A stretch of DNA of 64,000 nucleotides from Candidatus Zymogenus saltonus (GTDB lineage: Bacteria; Desulfobacterota; Zymogenia; Zymogenales; Zymogenaceae). The stretch lies in NCBI GenBank assembly GCA_016929395.1, contig JAFGIX010000025.1, positions 27,720 to 91,719 of the forward strand, read 5' to 3'. Below the pieces are notes generated by a model that saw only the letters and a list, made by a program, of their open reading frames with translations, had not been told where the DNA came from and did no database searches. The translations under genes and the position numbers were made by a program. Each line of letters opens with the position of its first letter. The first letter of the stretch is position 1. Of the stretch, positions 1-8,972 are shown piece after piece.

Positions 1-1
1 C

Positions 2-2902
2 GAGAAGATACACTACAATGCCGATGACAAGACCTTCCTGAGCTTCCACGGACCAACGGGTGCCGGAAGCGAAAATGACAATATTATAAAGGTTTCCGAC
101 CTCGGATTTACAGTACTTGCGCTGAGATCGGTCTACAACGACAACAGGGATTTGAGGCTTAACAGCGAAGGCCCGAAGAGGAAGATCACATACATAGCGG
201 ACTTCATGCTCGAAAACCTCGTCTCCAAGAAGGACGGCGGCGTCTACACAAGCTACGATTACTCCAAGGGTCAACCCGATACGGGAACGAGGAGAACTCT
301 TGTGGATAACGCCCTCGCTATAAGGGCGTTCCTCACGGCGTACGCTGTAACGGAGGACAAGAAATACAGAGAGGCAGCCCTGAAGGTCTACGACTGGATG
401 GTGGAAGAGCTTTGGAAAGAGGAATACCTGATCTTCGTTGATGAAGAGGAGTACGACTACGAGGTCATACTGACACCCCAGTCGATAGGCGCGCTAATAG
501 CGGCGTTAAGGGAGCTTACGCTTAACGGCGATCCGGACAATATATACGACTACCTCGACAAGATGTCTTACACCACCGAGCGTATCCTTGACCAGGCGCA
601 GCTCCAGCTGTACGAGAACCGCTTCTTCCCATGGCACGCACCGCTGACTCTCATACCGGAAGACCCCAACGGAAGGTCCTACATAAAGCCGATTATAACG
701 CCGATAAGGGATAAGGATCAGACAAGAGACCTCGCGCCGATACTTGTGCGGAAGATGGTCTTAAACCTAACCCCGGCGGGAGCTATAGCATCCGGGGACG
801 AGCCGAAGGTATACGACTGGAAGAAGTGGAAGGCGAACCTGAGGTTCGATACTCCCGAACTGATTGTAAGCACAAAGGTGGACGATACGTTCGAGACGGA
901 TATAGGGATGTATTTCTCATCGTTGATCTACGACTACGAGAAAAACCTGAAGACAGAGCTCCCGACGTTCAACCCGTACTTTGCCGATCCCGACATACCA
1001 CACTACGCCGCTTACCTGAGCTATGAGGTTGCTGGATTCAACGTGAAGAACCTCACCTTGAACTCGACCATGGGAATAAAGCTTACCGGGTCAGACGTAG
1101 TAAAGGATATGGCGAAGAAGAGGGGAATGTCGCCCGATGAGTTCCTCAAGGATTTTGTCTCCAAGAGGGCGCCCAAAGAGGGCGAAGCAGGCAAATCCTT
1201 TGCAGGAAAGGTGATAGACAAGGTCAAGGGGGCTATCGGCACAAAAGAGAGATTTGAAGATATAATCTATCTCGAATATGCGGAGGGCAAGCCCTACTAC
1301 GAAGAGAAGATAGAAGAGGGATGGATTAAGGAGGAGATCGACAATTCCCTATACCCGTCATCGATCGCCCAGACGATGATAAGGCAGATGGAGCTTCTCG
1401 ATCAGCTGAATGACAAGAGTGAAAAAGAGCCTTCGGACAGACTGGTTAAAGATACGATGAGGCTGGCTGTGGTTGCGAAACACCGCTTCCTCGTGGATTT
1501 GACCGAGAAGATGAAGGAAGAGAAGAGAGGCTACATACCGCACGAGTTCGTGTTCAAGTGGGATAAAGAGCTGAAGAAAGAAGTCCCGGTCGTGAAAGAC
1601 AAGAACAGCGATCTCTTCGATCAGGTATCACTCATCTGGGCGATAGCCCTCTGGAACAAGAAGAGAGAAGAAGGCCTCTTCAACGAGCACGCTAATTACC
1701 TCGGGGACAAAAAGGTGGACGAAGAGCTTCTCGCATTCTACGTCAAGGCCCTCGTCGATAATCACTACGACAAGAAGAACGGTACCTTGATAACGGGAAG
1801 CGTAGATGCGGTAAAGGTGGGGATGGCCCTCGATATCCTGACGAGGATAGTAACGACGCTTCCCGAAGGACAGCTTCATGACCAGATTATGGAGATGATA
1901 AAGGCCCAGGCGGATTTCATCATGGACAAGATGATAGACGGTAGGGGAGTCATAGCGGTGGTGAAGGAGGACGGGACTCCATACAATGAGCTATGCGAGT
2001 TCGAGTCGATAGGGACCCATACGATCCCGCTAAACGCCCTCTACAGGACGTACGAGGTCACCGGTGACAAGAAATATCTCGATACGGCCTTGAACGTATT
2101 CCTCAAGCTGGACGAAAAGAAATGGGATCAGCAGTTAGGTCTCTATCTGTCATCCGGAACAATATACGACCATCAGGGAAAGACGAAGGTCGAGCTCAGC
2201 TACACGAATCTCGACCTGATATTCACCATTATGCTTATCTCGGAGCTCCAGCCGTACATGGAGCAGGAGAAGAAGATACTGACCGCATACCACATGATCA
2301 CCTTCATGAACAGGATCCTCGAGATAGGAAGTCTGGAGAGGTATCCCGAAAATAATGATAAGAAGGAGGGAGTGAAAAACAGTATAGAAAAGGATGTATA
2401 CTCGCCTCAGATTATAAGGAGCGTCAAGATCGTAGTTGACGAATCGCCGAAAGACGGCAAGCCGTGCGGCGTGTTCACCTTCCTCGTGATTATGGAGAAC
2501 TACTGCGTGGATGAACACGACCTGGCCGTAAATAACACGCTGACAAGGATGAGGGTCGAGGATACCCTGGCGGATGACTTCCACTACGTGCCGGGAACCA
2601 CCACGATAAACGGTAAGCCCTCGGCGGATCCGGTGGGAAGCAAAAAACTAAACTGGTACATACCGAGTCTGCGCTACAACAACAGGATAGTATTGAAATA
2701 CCAGGCCGTCGCGGACTGCGATATAAAGCCGGGTAAATATGAAAACACGCTTGATGTCAAATCCTTCATCTACTACGAGGGAGAGCTTTACCCATGCGAT
2801 GAGCTCGGCGTGCACGAGGGTGTGAAGATATCCGATGTGCTATGGACGGAAAAAGAGGAGGAGGAAAACTCCATTTGCCTGCCCTGTAACATGAAGGAAT
2901 AG
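2..2902 (+). CDS. DUF255/YyaL-like thioredoxin-fold plus (alpha/alpha)6 six-hairpin (N-acylglucosamine 2-epimerase-like) protein; 5' end lies outside the window; ~250-aa Cys-containing C-terminal extension
   Basis: The frame is open from position 2 with no upstream stop, and the listed ORF starts at a TTG. Motifs such as DNALAIRAFLTAYAVTEDKKYREAALKVYDWM and GGVYTSYDY are typical of AGE/DUF255 barrels. It ends with TAG at 2900-2902. Confidence 0.5.
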   Translation, partial: EKIHYNADDKTFLSFHGPTGAGSENDNIIKVSDLGFTVLALRSVYNDNRDLRLNSEGPKRKITYIADFMLENLVSKKDGGVYTSYDYSKGQPDTGTRRTLVDNALAIRAFLTAYAVTEDKKYREAALKVYDWMVEELWKEEYLIFVDEEEYDYEVILTPQSIGALIAALRELTLNGDPDNIYDYLDKMSYTTERILDQAQLQLYENRFFPWHAPLTLIPEDPNGRSYIKPIITPIRDKDQTRDLAPILVRKMVLNLTPAGAIASGDEPKVYDWKKWKANLRFDTPELIVSTKVDDTFETDIGMYFSSLIYDYEKNLKTELPTFNPYFADPDIPHYAAYLSYEVAGFNVKNLTLNSTMGIKLTGSDVVKDMAKKRGMSPDEFLKDFVSKRAPKEGEAGKSFAGKVIDKVKGAIGTKERFEDIIYLEYAEGKPYYEEKIEEGWIKEEIDNSLYPSSIAQTMIRQMELLDQLNDKSEKEPSDRLVKDTMRLAVVAKHRFLVDLTEKMKEEKRGYIPHEFVFKWDKELKKEVPVVKDKNSDLFDQVSLIWAIALWNKKREEGLFNEHANYLGDKKVDEELLAFYVKALVDNHYDKKNGTLITGSVDAVKVGMALDILTRIVTTLPEGQLHDQIMEMIKAQADFIMDKMIDGRGVIAVVKEDGTPYNELCEFESIGTHTIPLNALYRTYEVTGDKKYLDTALNVFLKLDEKKWDQQLGLYLSSGTIYDHQGKTKVELSYTNLDLIFTIMLISELQPYMEQEKKILTAYHMITFMNRILEIGSLERYPENNDKKEGVKNSIEKDVYSPQIIRSVKIVVDESPKDGKPCGVFTFLVIMENYCVDEHDLAVNNTLTRMRVEDTLADDFHYVPGTTTINGKPSADPVGSKKLNWYIPSLRYNNRIVLKYQAVADCDIKPGKYENTLDVKSFIYYEGELYPCDELGVHEGVKISDVLWTEKEEEENSICLPCNMKE

Positions 2903-3090
2903 GAGTCTGGTAGGCGAAATTTTAAGATTGGGAGGGGAGGGGGAGGTTGGATAAGGACGGATATAATTTAGGATTGTCTGGAAAAAGTGTGGGTGGATGG
3001 ATGAATGAATGATATTGGATCGACTAAAGGGGTATGGGGAAAGGGTGACGCAGATTAAGTAAAAGTGTAAATTCAAACTACAAAATATCA

Positions 3091-3126
3091 GGGGTGCAAA
3101 ATTGAGTTTTTGCACCCCTTTTTTTC
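3091..3126 (+). terminator. Rho-independent terminator downstream of the DUF255-like gene
   Basis: GGGGTGCAAAA-ttgag-TTTTGCACCCC perfect 11-bp stem followed by TTTTTTTT. Confidence 0.6.
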
Positions 3127-3341
3127 AGCAAATCCCGTATTATATGAAAAATACAATAAATAGGACTATTTAAATTTCTAGAGTTTTTAAGTAGTTAAAA
3201 ACTTCATATTTTTCCTGTCTCAAAATTCAATTCATACCGCTGTAAAACTAAAAAATCTAACAAAAACATTAAAATATCTGGTAATCAAAAAGCAAAAAAC
3301 AAAAAAAGTCCCTAAAAAACCTAAAAAAATCCATTTTTTTC

Positions 3342-3410
3342 TTGACATCCATCTTAATTCCCATTAAACTATGCCATAGCGACATAATATGCCGTAATGG
3401 CATAATAAAA
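3342..3410 (+). promoter_or_regulatory. Candidate sigma70-like promoter (TTGACA-17-TAAACT) followed by an inverted repeat ATGCC-N5-GGCAT (operator-like)
   Basis: TTGACA at 3342, a TAAACT -10-like hexamer 17 nt later, then TATGCCGTAATGGCATA, a near-perfect palindrome. It sits in a ~680-bp AT-rich non-coding stretch. Confidence 0.25.
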
Positions 3411-3811
3411 AGACGGGGAGGAAAACCATTATTTTTGACGTTCGATCGATGGCAGATTGGCGAATTTGTTGATTGGAATAAGGGTTGATGGAGATTTGTT
3501 TTTGAGATAGTGGCAACCTTAATTTTAGATAAAAGATACTGTGGGTTCCAATAGTGTTTCATTAGATGTATTTGAGAAGGCCGGTTGAGGTTTTAAAATT
3601 GACGGATAAGAGTAGTTAAATCATTGTAGCAATTATGGAAGGCAGGGGAAAAAACTGGGCCATGAGTAGAAAAATGAAGGATGAATAGAAATCGGTGAAA
3701 AGGAGGGCTTATTTTAGAAAACTCGATCTTCAAAGTAGTGGAAATCGGTTATTAAAAAACTATTCAAAAAATAACTTGGTACAGCATTGAGGGCTGAAAA
3801 ATATTTAGATT

Positions 3812-4231
3812 ATGGATGACAGGGGAGAAAAAGGAGAAAAGAAAAGCGGGGCGGAGGCGGCGAGAATATTGAATATTCCATACAGGACCCTTATGAGATG
3901 GAGCGAAGGAGGACTGATAAATGTGGAGGGAGGCGGTTACAGAGGCAAGGGAACCCTATGGACTGAGTTGAACATAAGGGAGGCTTCCGTAATATATGCG
4001 CTTAGAACCGCAAGGCTCAGCCTTCAGAAGATAAGAGACATCATGGAATACCTCAAGAGCCTTGGCGAAAACCCGATGTCATCGGGGGATTTTCTGGTGG
4101 TAAAAGGAGAAGACGGCGAGCCGAGGGAGATAATAAAATTCGTAAGTACGGGCGAAGCAATATCACTTTTAAAAAGAACGAGAGGCCAGTTGGTCCTCCC
4201 CTTGTGGAAACCGGGGGATGAATATAAATGA
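3812..4231 (+). CDS. Small HTH DNA-binding protein (MerR/excisionase-like HTH_17-type)
   Basis: AEAARILNIPYRTLMRWSEGGLI resembles the MerR/excisionase helix-turn-helix. It is the first gene after a long AT-rich leader. Confidence 0.5.
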   Translation: MDDRGEKGEKKSGAEAARILNIPYRTLMRWSEGGLINVEGGGYRGKGTLWTELNIREASVIYALRTARLSLQKIRDIMEYLKSLGENPMSSGDFLVVKGEDGEPREIIKFVSTGEAISLLKRTRGQLVLPLWKPGDEYK

Positions 4232-4265
4232 ACGTAATTTTATGACAATAAATTAGGAGGATAAA

Positions 4266-4610
4266 ATGAGAACGGAAACGGCGAAAATAATTGAAATAGA
4301 TTTTGAGGAAGAAAGTATTTTAGGGTCGGAGGTTGAGGAGATAAAAAATCTTGATGACTTTGAGATATTTGCTGAAAAGAAGGGCATCTTGGTTGCGTTT
4401 GAAAGGATGACCCACCACGGAATTCTCGCAAGAGAGAACGGGAATACCGTCATGATAATCAACAAGATTCTTCCTCAAGATCAGCAAACCCTCGTTGCTT
4501 TTCATCTATACTGTCGCTATATAATGAGCTCCGAGGAGATGTACGCAATAAACCTACCCGATAACTACGTCTTGTTGAGGCTTTTCTTGGATCTCCATGG
4601 AGACTTGTAA
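4266..4610 (+). CDS. Hypothetical protein (114 aa)
   Basis: ORF with an AGGAGG-like RBS (ttaggaggataaaATG) 8 nt upstream. No recognisable motif. Confidence 0.35.
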   Translation: MRTETAKIIEIDFEEESILGSEVEEIKNLDDFEIFAEKKGILVAFERMTHHGILARENGNTVMIINKILPQDQQTLVAFHLYCRYIMSSEEMYAINLPDNYVLLRLFLDLHGDL

Positions 4611-4669
4611 GAAAAATTGGCATAAACGAGACAATTAAAGTTAAAGGGGCTGTAAAGAGAAAAGGATAT

Positions 4670-4936
4670 TTGGAGGCAATAATAATGGAAACGAGAGAAG
4701 AGAGAAACGTTGATAAAAAGCTCATAGAGACGGTAAAAAGGCAGATAATGGAGGCAAGAAATATTCTGGAGGAGAGCGGAGACGAGATCCCTCTGGACGC
4801 CTTAAAGGAGCTTCAGGATCACTGCATCCTGTTCAAGTATTTCCCCGAGCTTAATGAATTTATTTCTGAATCGGGAATAGAAGGTCTGATCTATGATCTG
4901 TTAAACGGCGGCAGGGCGGTGGCGATAATGCAGTAG
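4670..4936 (+). CDS. Hypothetical acidic protein (88 aa)
   Basis: ORF closely following the previous gene on the same strand. The true start may be the internal ATG at 4685. Confidence 0.3.
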   Translation: MEAIIMETREERNVDKKLIETVKRQIMEARNILEESGDEIPLDALKELQDHCILFKYFPELNEFISESGIEGLIYDLLNGGRAVAIMQ

Positions 4937-5089
4937 GGCTAAAAAAGCTGTTTTTCATTCCTGAGGATTAATGGATAGAGGGGAAGAATTAGTAGTCTAT
5001 TGCCATTTTTGACGCAAGGAAAAAATAGTTAGCCCCGGCTGAGGTCGGGGCTTTTTGTATTATAGGGCAAAGGTATAAAGATAAATAAA

Positions 5090-5617
5090 TCATGATTTTT
5101 TTGGAGGCAGGGGAAAGATAAGGGAGACCCTATTGCGGTATTCCTCAAATTCGGTTCCGAAGTGTTCCAAAAGCCTCTTCTCCTCGATCTTCTTGAAATA
5201 GAGATAGGCGAGGGCGAAGAAAAAGAAAAACAGGAGTATCCCGGAGATCGAGCCGATGAAGATCGGTATAGAGAGATAAGCGGTAAAGGCCCCGAAGGCC
5301 ATTGGGTTTCTCGTAAAGCGATAGGGGCCCGTTATAACCAGCTTTTCTGTTACCGGGCTTATGGTTACGAGACGGTGGTAGTTGAAGGGCCCGCCCTTTC
5401 CCCTAACAATAAGCATTGCATTTGCCCAGAAGACGAAGAAAAGACCGACGGCGAGAAAGATGATCCCAAAAGGGATCCTGACCTCATCGGTGCCGAAGGT
5501 CTCAAAGCCAAGGAGCCTGTCGCAGAAGATATTGACGTGATAGATCGCAAATGGAATGATGACGCCGTTGAGGCCGAAACCGAGAAAGAGGCCGAGTATG
5601 TGTCTAAACGATTTCAA
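5090..5617 (-). CDS. Isoprenylcysteine carboxyl methyltransferase (ICMT)/phospholipid methyltransferase family membrane protein
   Basis: Multi-TM protein with VITGPYRFTRNPMAFG and a C-terminal EE..R motif typical of ICMT/PEMT-family methyltransferases. Confidence 0.7.
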   Translation of the reverse strand: MKSFRHILGLFLGFGLNGVIIPFAIYHVNIFCDRLLGFETFGTDEVRIPFGIIFLAVGLFFVFWANAMLIVRGKGGPFNYHRLVTISPVTEKLVITGPYRFTRNPMAFGAFTAYLSIPIFIGSISGILLFFFFFALAYLYFKKIEEKRLLEHFGTEFEEYRNRVSLIFPLPPKKS

Positions 5618-5776
5618 AAATACTCTCTAAAAATATTAGAGTAAAATATACAACATACAGAAAGAATATTCAACACAAAATGGAATAAAGACAAGATATA
5701 AACCATAAATAGATTGATAACGGGGCTTGTTTTAGATATAATATCAAATCAATAAGGAAATTACGGAACAGGGGAT

Positions 5777-7390
5777 ATGAAGATATTTATTATAGATCCA
5801 CCGCAGCAGGTTTTTAAGTATTTCATGGGACACATACCTTCTCCCGCGGTGACCCAGCTGGCGGCTTATATGGAGAGGGAGGGACACGAAGTCGAGATAT
5901 TGGATGTCACCACTTTTGAGAACTGCTGGGATGACCTCGAGCGGATGATAAGGGAGGGAAGACCGAATGTAGTGGGCATATCAAACAATTCAACAAACAC
6001 GATAAACAACGCCTTTCACACGGCTACACTGACGAAGATGATTGACCCTAAGATAGTAGTCGTTGGGGGAGGGGCACACATGACGGCACTTCCAGAGGAG
6101 AGCCTTAGTGTCAACGGGGATATAGACTTTATCGTGAGGGGAGAGGGGGAGGCCACGTTCGCGGAGCTGGTCAGCCGGCTGGGAGAGGGGAGAAAAGATT
6201 TTTCGAATATAAAGGGAATCGCATATCTGGACAACGGAAACGGAGGGAATTTCATTCAGACTCCGGATAGGGAGCTTGTGGAGGATATAAACGATCTGCC
6301 GATGCCGGCGTACCGCCTCCTTCCGATGCTCAAAGTAAAAAACCCGGAAGACTATGTAATGGCGTACAGGTTCCCGACCCTCGGGATGATACCTTATGAG
6401 TCGATCATGATTTCAACGACGAGAGGCTGTTTCGGCAAATGTCGTTTCTGCTCGGAGACCGCCTTTTGGCACCACACCTGGAGGTCGAGGAATGCAAAGA
6501 ACATGGTCGACGAGATGGAGCTTTTGAGCAAGGAGTACAACAGGACAAACTTCTACTTCGTCGACAACGCTTTCAACTGGAAGAGGGAGAGGATAACGGA
6601 ATTCATAGAAGAGCTCGAAAGCAGGGAGCTTAAAGGGATAACCTTCTGGTACCAGACGAGGGTAGAACTCTTTTTAAGGGATCTTGATCTGATCGACAGG
6701 CTAAAGAAATTGGGTCTATATCAGATGTCCTTCGGGGTAGAGACGGCGAGTCAGGATATTACGAATAAGTGGGGGAAAAATCAAAGGGTAGGTGATGTGA
6801 TAAAGGCGATGAAGGCCGCCAAGGAGCGGGATCTTGTACTTCTGACAAACGTCATGTGGGGTCACAGGGAGGATACGGCGGAGACCCTGAGGGCCACCTA
6901 CGAGATGATAAAGGGTTACTCCGATATATTCGCGCTCCAGATATTCACCCCGGTGCCGGGGACGCCCTATTATGAGGAATATCTGGAAAATGACATGATA
7001 AAGGAATACAACTGGGATTTGTGGGATATGTTCACGCCGGTCGTGGAGACGGATACGATCCCCCACGACAAGATGTTGAGAACAGTGGAGAAGATACAGT
7101 CGAGGTTTCACTTAAGACCTAAGATACTCTACAAGACATGGTTTTCAAAAAATCCATTTATAAGAAGAAACTACCAGACGACGATGGAGATAGTAAAGAG
7201 AACGCTTTCAAATACGCTCCACGAGGTGCAGACGAACTATCGTCCCTTCGAGGAGTTTATGGAGGAGAAGGGATATTCGATTGAGAAGACGATAAAAGGA
7301 ACGTGTATTGTCAAAGATAGGAGCAAGGGAGAGGGGAACGGGAGTAGGAGGGAGGATAGAAACGGGGACGTTCTGCATGAATCGGCCTAA
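5777..7390 (+). CDS. B12-binding domain radical SAM enzyme (class B), paralog 1
   Basis: N-terminal cobalamin-binding-like Rossmann region (IVVVGGGAHMTALPEE, DFIVRGEGE) and a CX3CX2C cluster motif (TTRGCFGKCRFCSE). Confidence 0.85.
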   Translation: MKIFIIDPPQQVFKYFMGHIPSPAVTQLAAYMEREGHEVEILDVTTFENCWDDLERMIREGRPNVVGISNNSTNTINNAFHTATLTKMIDPKIVVVGGGAHMTALPEESLSVNGDIDFIVRGEGEATFAELVSRLGEGRKDFSNIKGIAYLDNGNGGNFIQTPDRELVEDINDLPMPAYRLLPMLKVKNPEDYVMAYRFPTLGMIPYESIMISTTRGCFGKCRFCSETAFWHHTWRSRNAKNMVDEMELLSKEYNRTNFYFVDNAFNWKRERITEFIEELESRELKGITFWYQTRVELFLRDLDLIDRLKKLGLYQMSFGVETASQDITNKWGKNQRVGDVIKAMKAAKERDLVLLTNVMWGHREDTAETLRATYEMIKGYSDIFALQIFTPVPGTPYYEEYLENDMIKEYNWDLWDMFTPVVETDTIPHDKMLRTVEKIQSRFHLRPKILYKTWFSKNPFIRRNYQTTMEIVKRTLSNTLHEVQTNYRPFEEFMEEKGYSIEKTIKGTCIVKDRSKGEGNGSRREDRNGDVLHESA

Positions 7391-7489
7391 ATTGGGAAAT
7401 CGAGGCCTTGAGGATTTGTGGGGTAAAAAGGAGAAGGGTGTGGTTTGTGGTATATATTAAGTGATGACAAAAAAGGTGATGGGAGGAAG

Positions 7490-8911
7490 ATGAGAGTACT
7501 TATTGTCTCGGCAAACAGAGAGCTGGTTCCAGATCCGGTTTTCCCGTTGGGGGCGGCGTATGTCGCCTCGGCGGCGAGGGAATCGGGTCACGATACGGAT
7601 GTTTTGGATATATGTTTCGCGGATGACATTTCAAGAGAGGTCAAAGATAAAATATCGTCTTTTGGACCGGATCTTGTCGGTGTCTCGATAAGAAACGTCG
7701 ATAATGTCGCCTACCCCTTGGTTCTTACCTACGCCGAGGGACATAAAAACCTCATAGACGAGATACGCTCGTCCCACTTCGGTCCCATTGTGATGGGGGG
7801 GCCTGCCTTTACGCTGATGCCGGAGGAGTTTCTCGATTTCACGGGAGTCGAGATGGGGATACTGGGTGAGGGGGAAGATGCGATTGTGAAGCTTGCAGAT
7901 TCTCTGGAAAACGGGGGAAGCTTGGATAAAGTGCCCGGTCTCATTACAAGGGAGGCGGGCAAAACGCTGCAACGAAACGGAAACAAGACAAGGGTTGACG
8001 TCAACAAGATATGTACCCCCGCAAGGGATCTGCTCGATAGTGCCGCCTATCAGAAGTGGGGCGGCATGGTCGGGATACAGACAAAACGGGGATGTCCCAT
8101 CGACTGTATATATTGTACGTATCCGGTCGTGGAGGGGAAGGATATCAGATTGAGAGATCCGGGGGCCATAGTAGACGAGATAGAGAAAACCAACAAGGAG
8201 TACGGGGCGGACACCTTCTTTATTGTAGACAACGTATTCAATAACCCCCCGGAGCACGCAATAGAGGTTGCCGAAGAGATAAAAAGGAGAAAGATAGGCT
8301 TAAGGTTTTCGGCTTATATGAATCCGGGTTTTGTATCGGAGAGGCTGTTGGGGGTGCTTAAAGATGCGGGTTTTACAGGGGTCGACTACGGTGTGGATAG
8401 CCTTTCGGAGGGGGTGCTTAAAAACCTGAGAAAGAACTTCACGAAGGATAATGTGGTAAGGGCAGTCGAGTTGACAAGGGGGATGGGCATAGAGTGCTGC
8501 CTGAGCATGATATTTGGAGGCCCAGGGGAGACTCTCGACACGCTAAAGGAGACCGTCGATTCGATTGACGAGATTGCCCCGACGGCAGTCTTGGCAATCG
8601 TGGGAATCCGCCTCTATTCAGGAACGGGTATGCACAAGATCGCCAAAAGGGACAGGGTGGTCGGAGAAGAGGGAGTGGGATTGAAGCCGGTATTTTATAT
8701 ATCCCCGGATGTGGCCGATGAGGTGGTGGGCTTTGTGGCGGAGGCATCCCTTAAGCGCAACAACTGGCTCTTCCCAGGGCACATGATTATGGCCGGCCAG
8801 CAGCTTACACCGGATCAAAAGCCGGAGAGGTACGATCAGGGTCCCCTTGCGGAATTCAGGAAGCAGGGGATCAAGGGTAACCTGTGGGAGATGTTTGGCG
8901 CTATGAAATAG
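7490..8911 (+). CDS. B12-binding domain radical SAM enzyme (class B), paralog 2
   Basis: MRVLIVSAN..., IVMGGPAFTLMPEE, GILGEGED, then TKRGCPIDCIYCTY (CX3CX2C). Same architecture as the upstream gene. Start chosen at the ATG at 7490 within the 7445 ORF. Confidence 0.85.
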   Translation: MRVLIVSANRELVPDPVFPLGAAYVASAARESGHDTDVLDICFADDISREVKDKISSFGPDLVGVSIRNVDNVAYPLVLTYAEGHKNLIDEIRSSHFGPIVMGGPAFTLMPEEFLDFTGVEMGILGEGEDAIVKLADSLENGGSLDKVPGLITREAGKTLQRNGNKTRVDVNKICTPARDLLDSAAYQKWGGMVGIQTKRGCPIDCIYCTYPVVEGKDIRLRDPGAIVDEIEKTNKEYGADTFFIVDNVFNNPPEHAIEVAEEIKRRKIGLRFSAYMNPGFVSERLLGVLKDAGFTGVDYGVDSLSEGVLKNLRKNFTKDNVVRAVELTRGMGIECCLSMIFGGPGETLDTLKETVDSIDEIAPTAVLAIVGIRLYSGTGMHKIAKRDRVVGEEGVGLKPVFYISPDVADEVVGFVAEASLKRNNWLFPGHMIMAGQQLTPDQKPERYDQGPLAEFRKQGIKGNLWEMFGAMK

Positions 8912-8972
8912 TAGTGGAGACTTGACAATAAAATATAGAAGCGGACAATAACTTGTACTCGTAATATAGTAT

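Noticed and set aside
7631-8257. Long antisense ORFs inside well-supported genes (for example 7631..8257, 10257..10835, 22042..22659, 31284..32102, 39685..40680, 42175..43071, 40792..41877, 13373..13906)
   Set aside because: They lie opposite genes with strong family motifs. They have low-complexity or Arg/Pro-rich translations typical of the reverse strand of GC-moderate coding DNA, and have no RBS or motif support.
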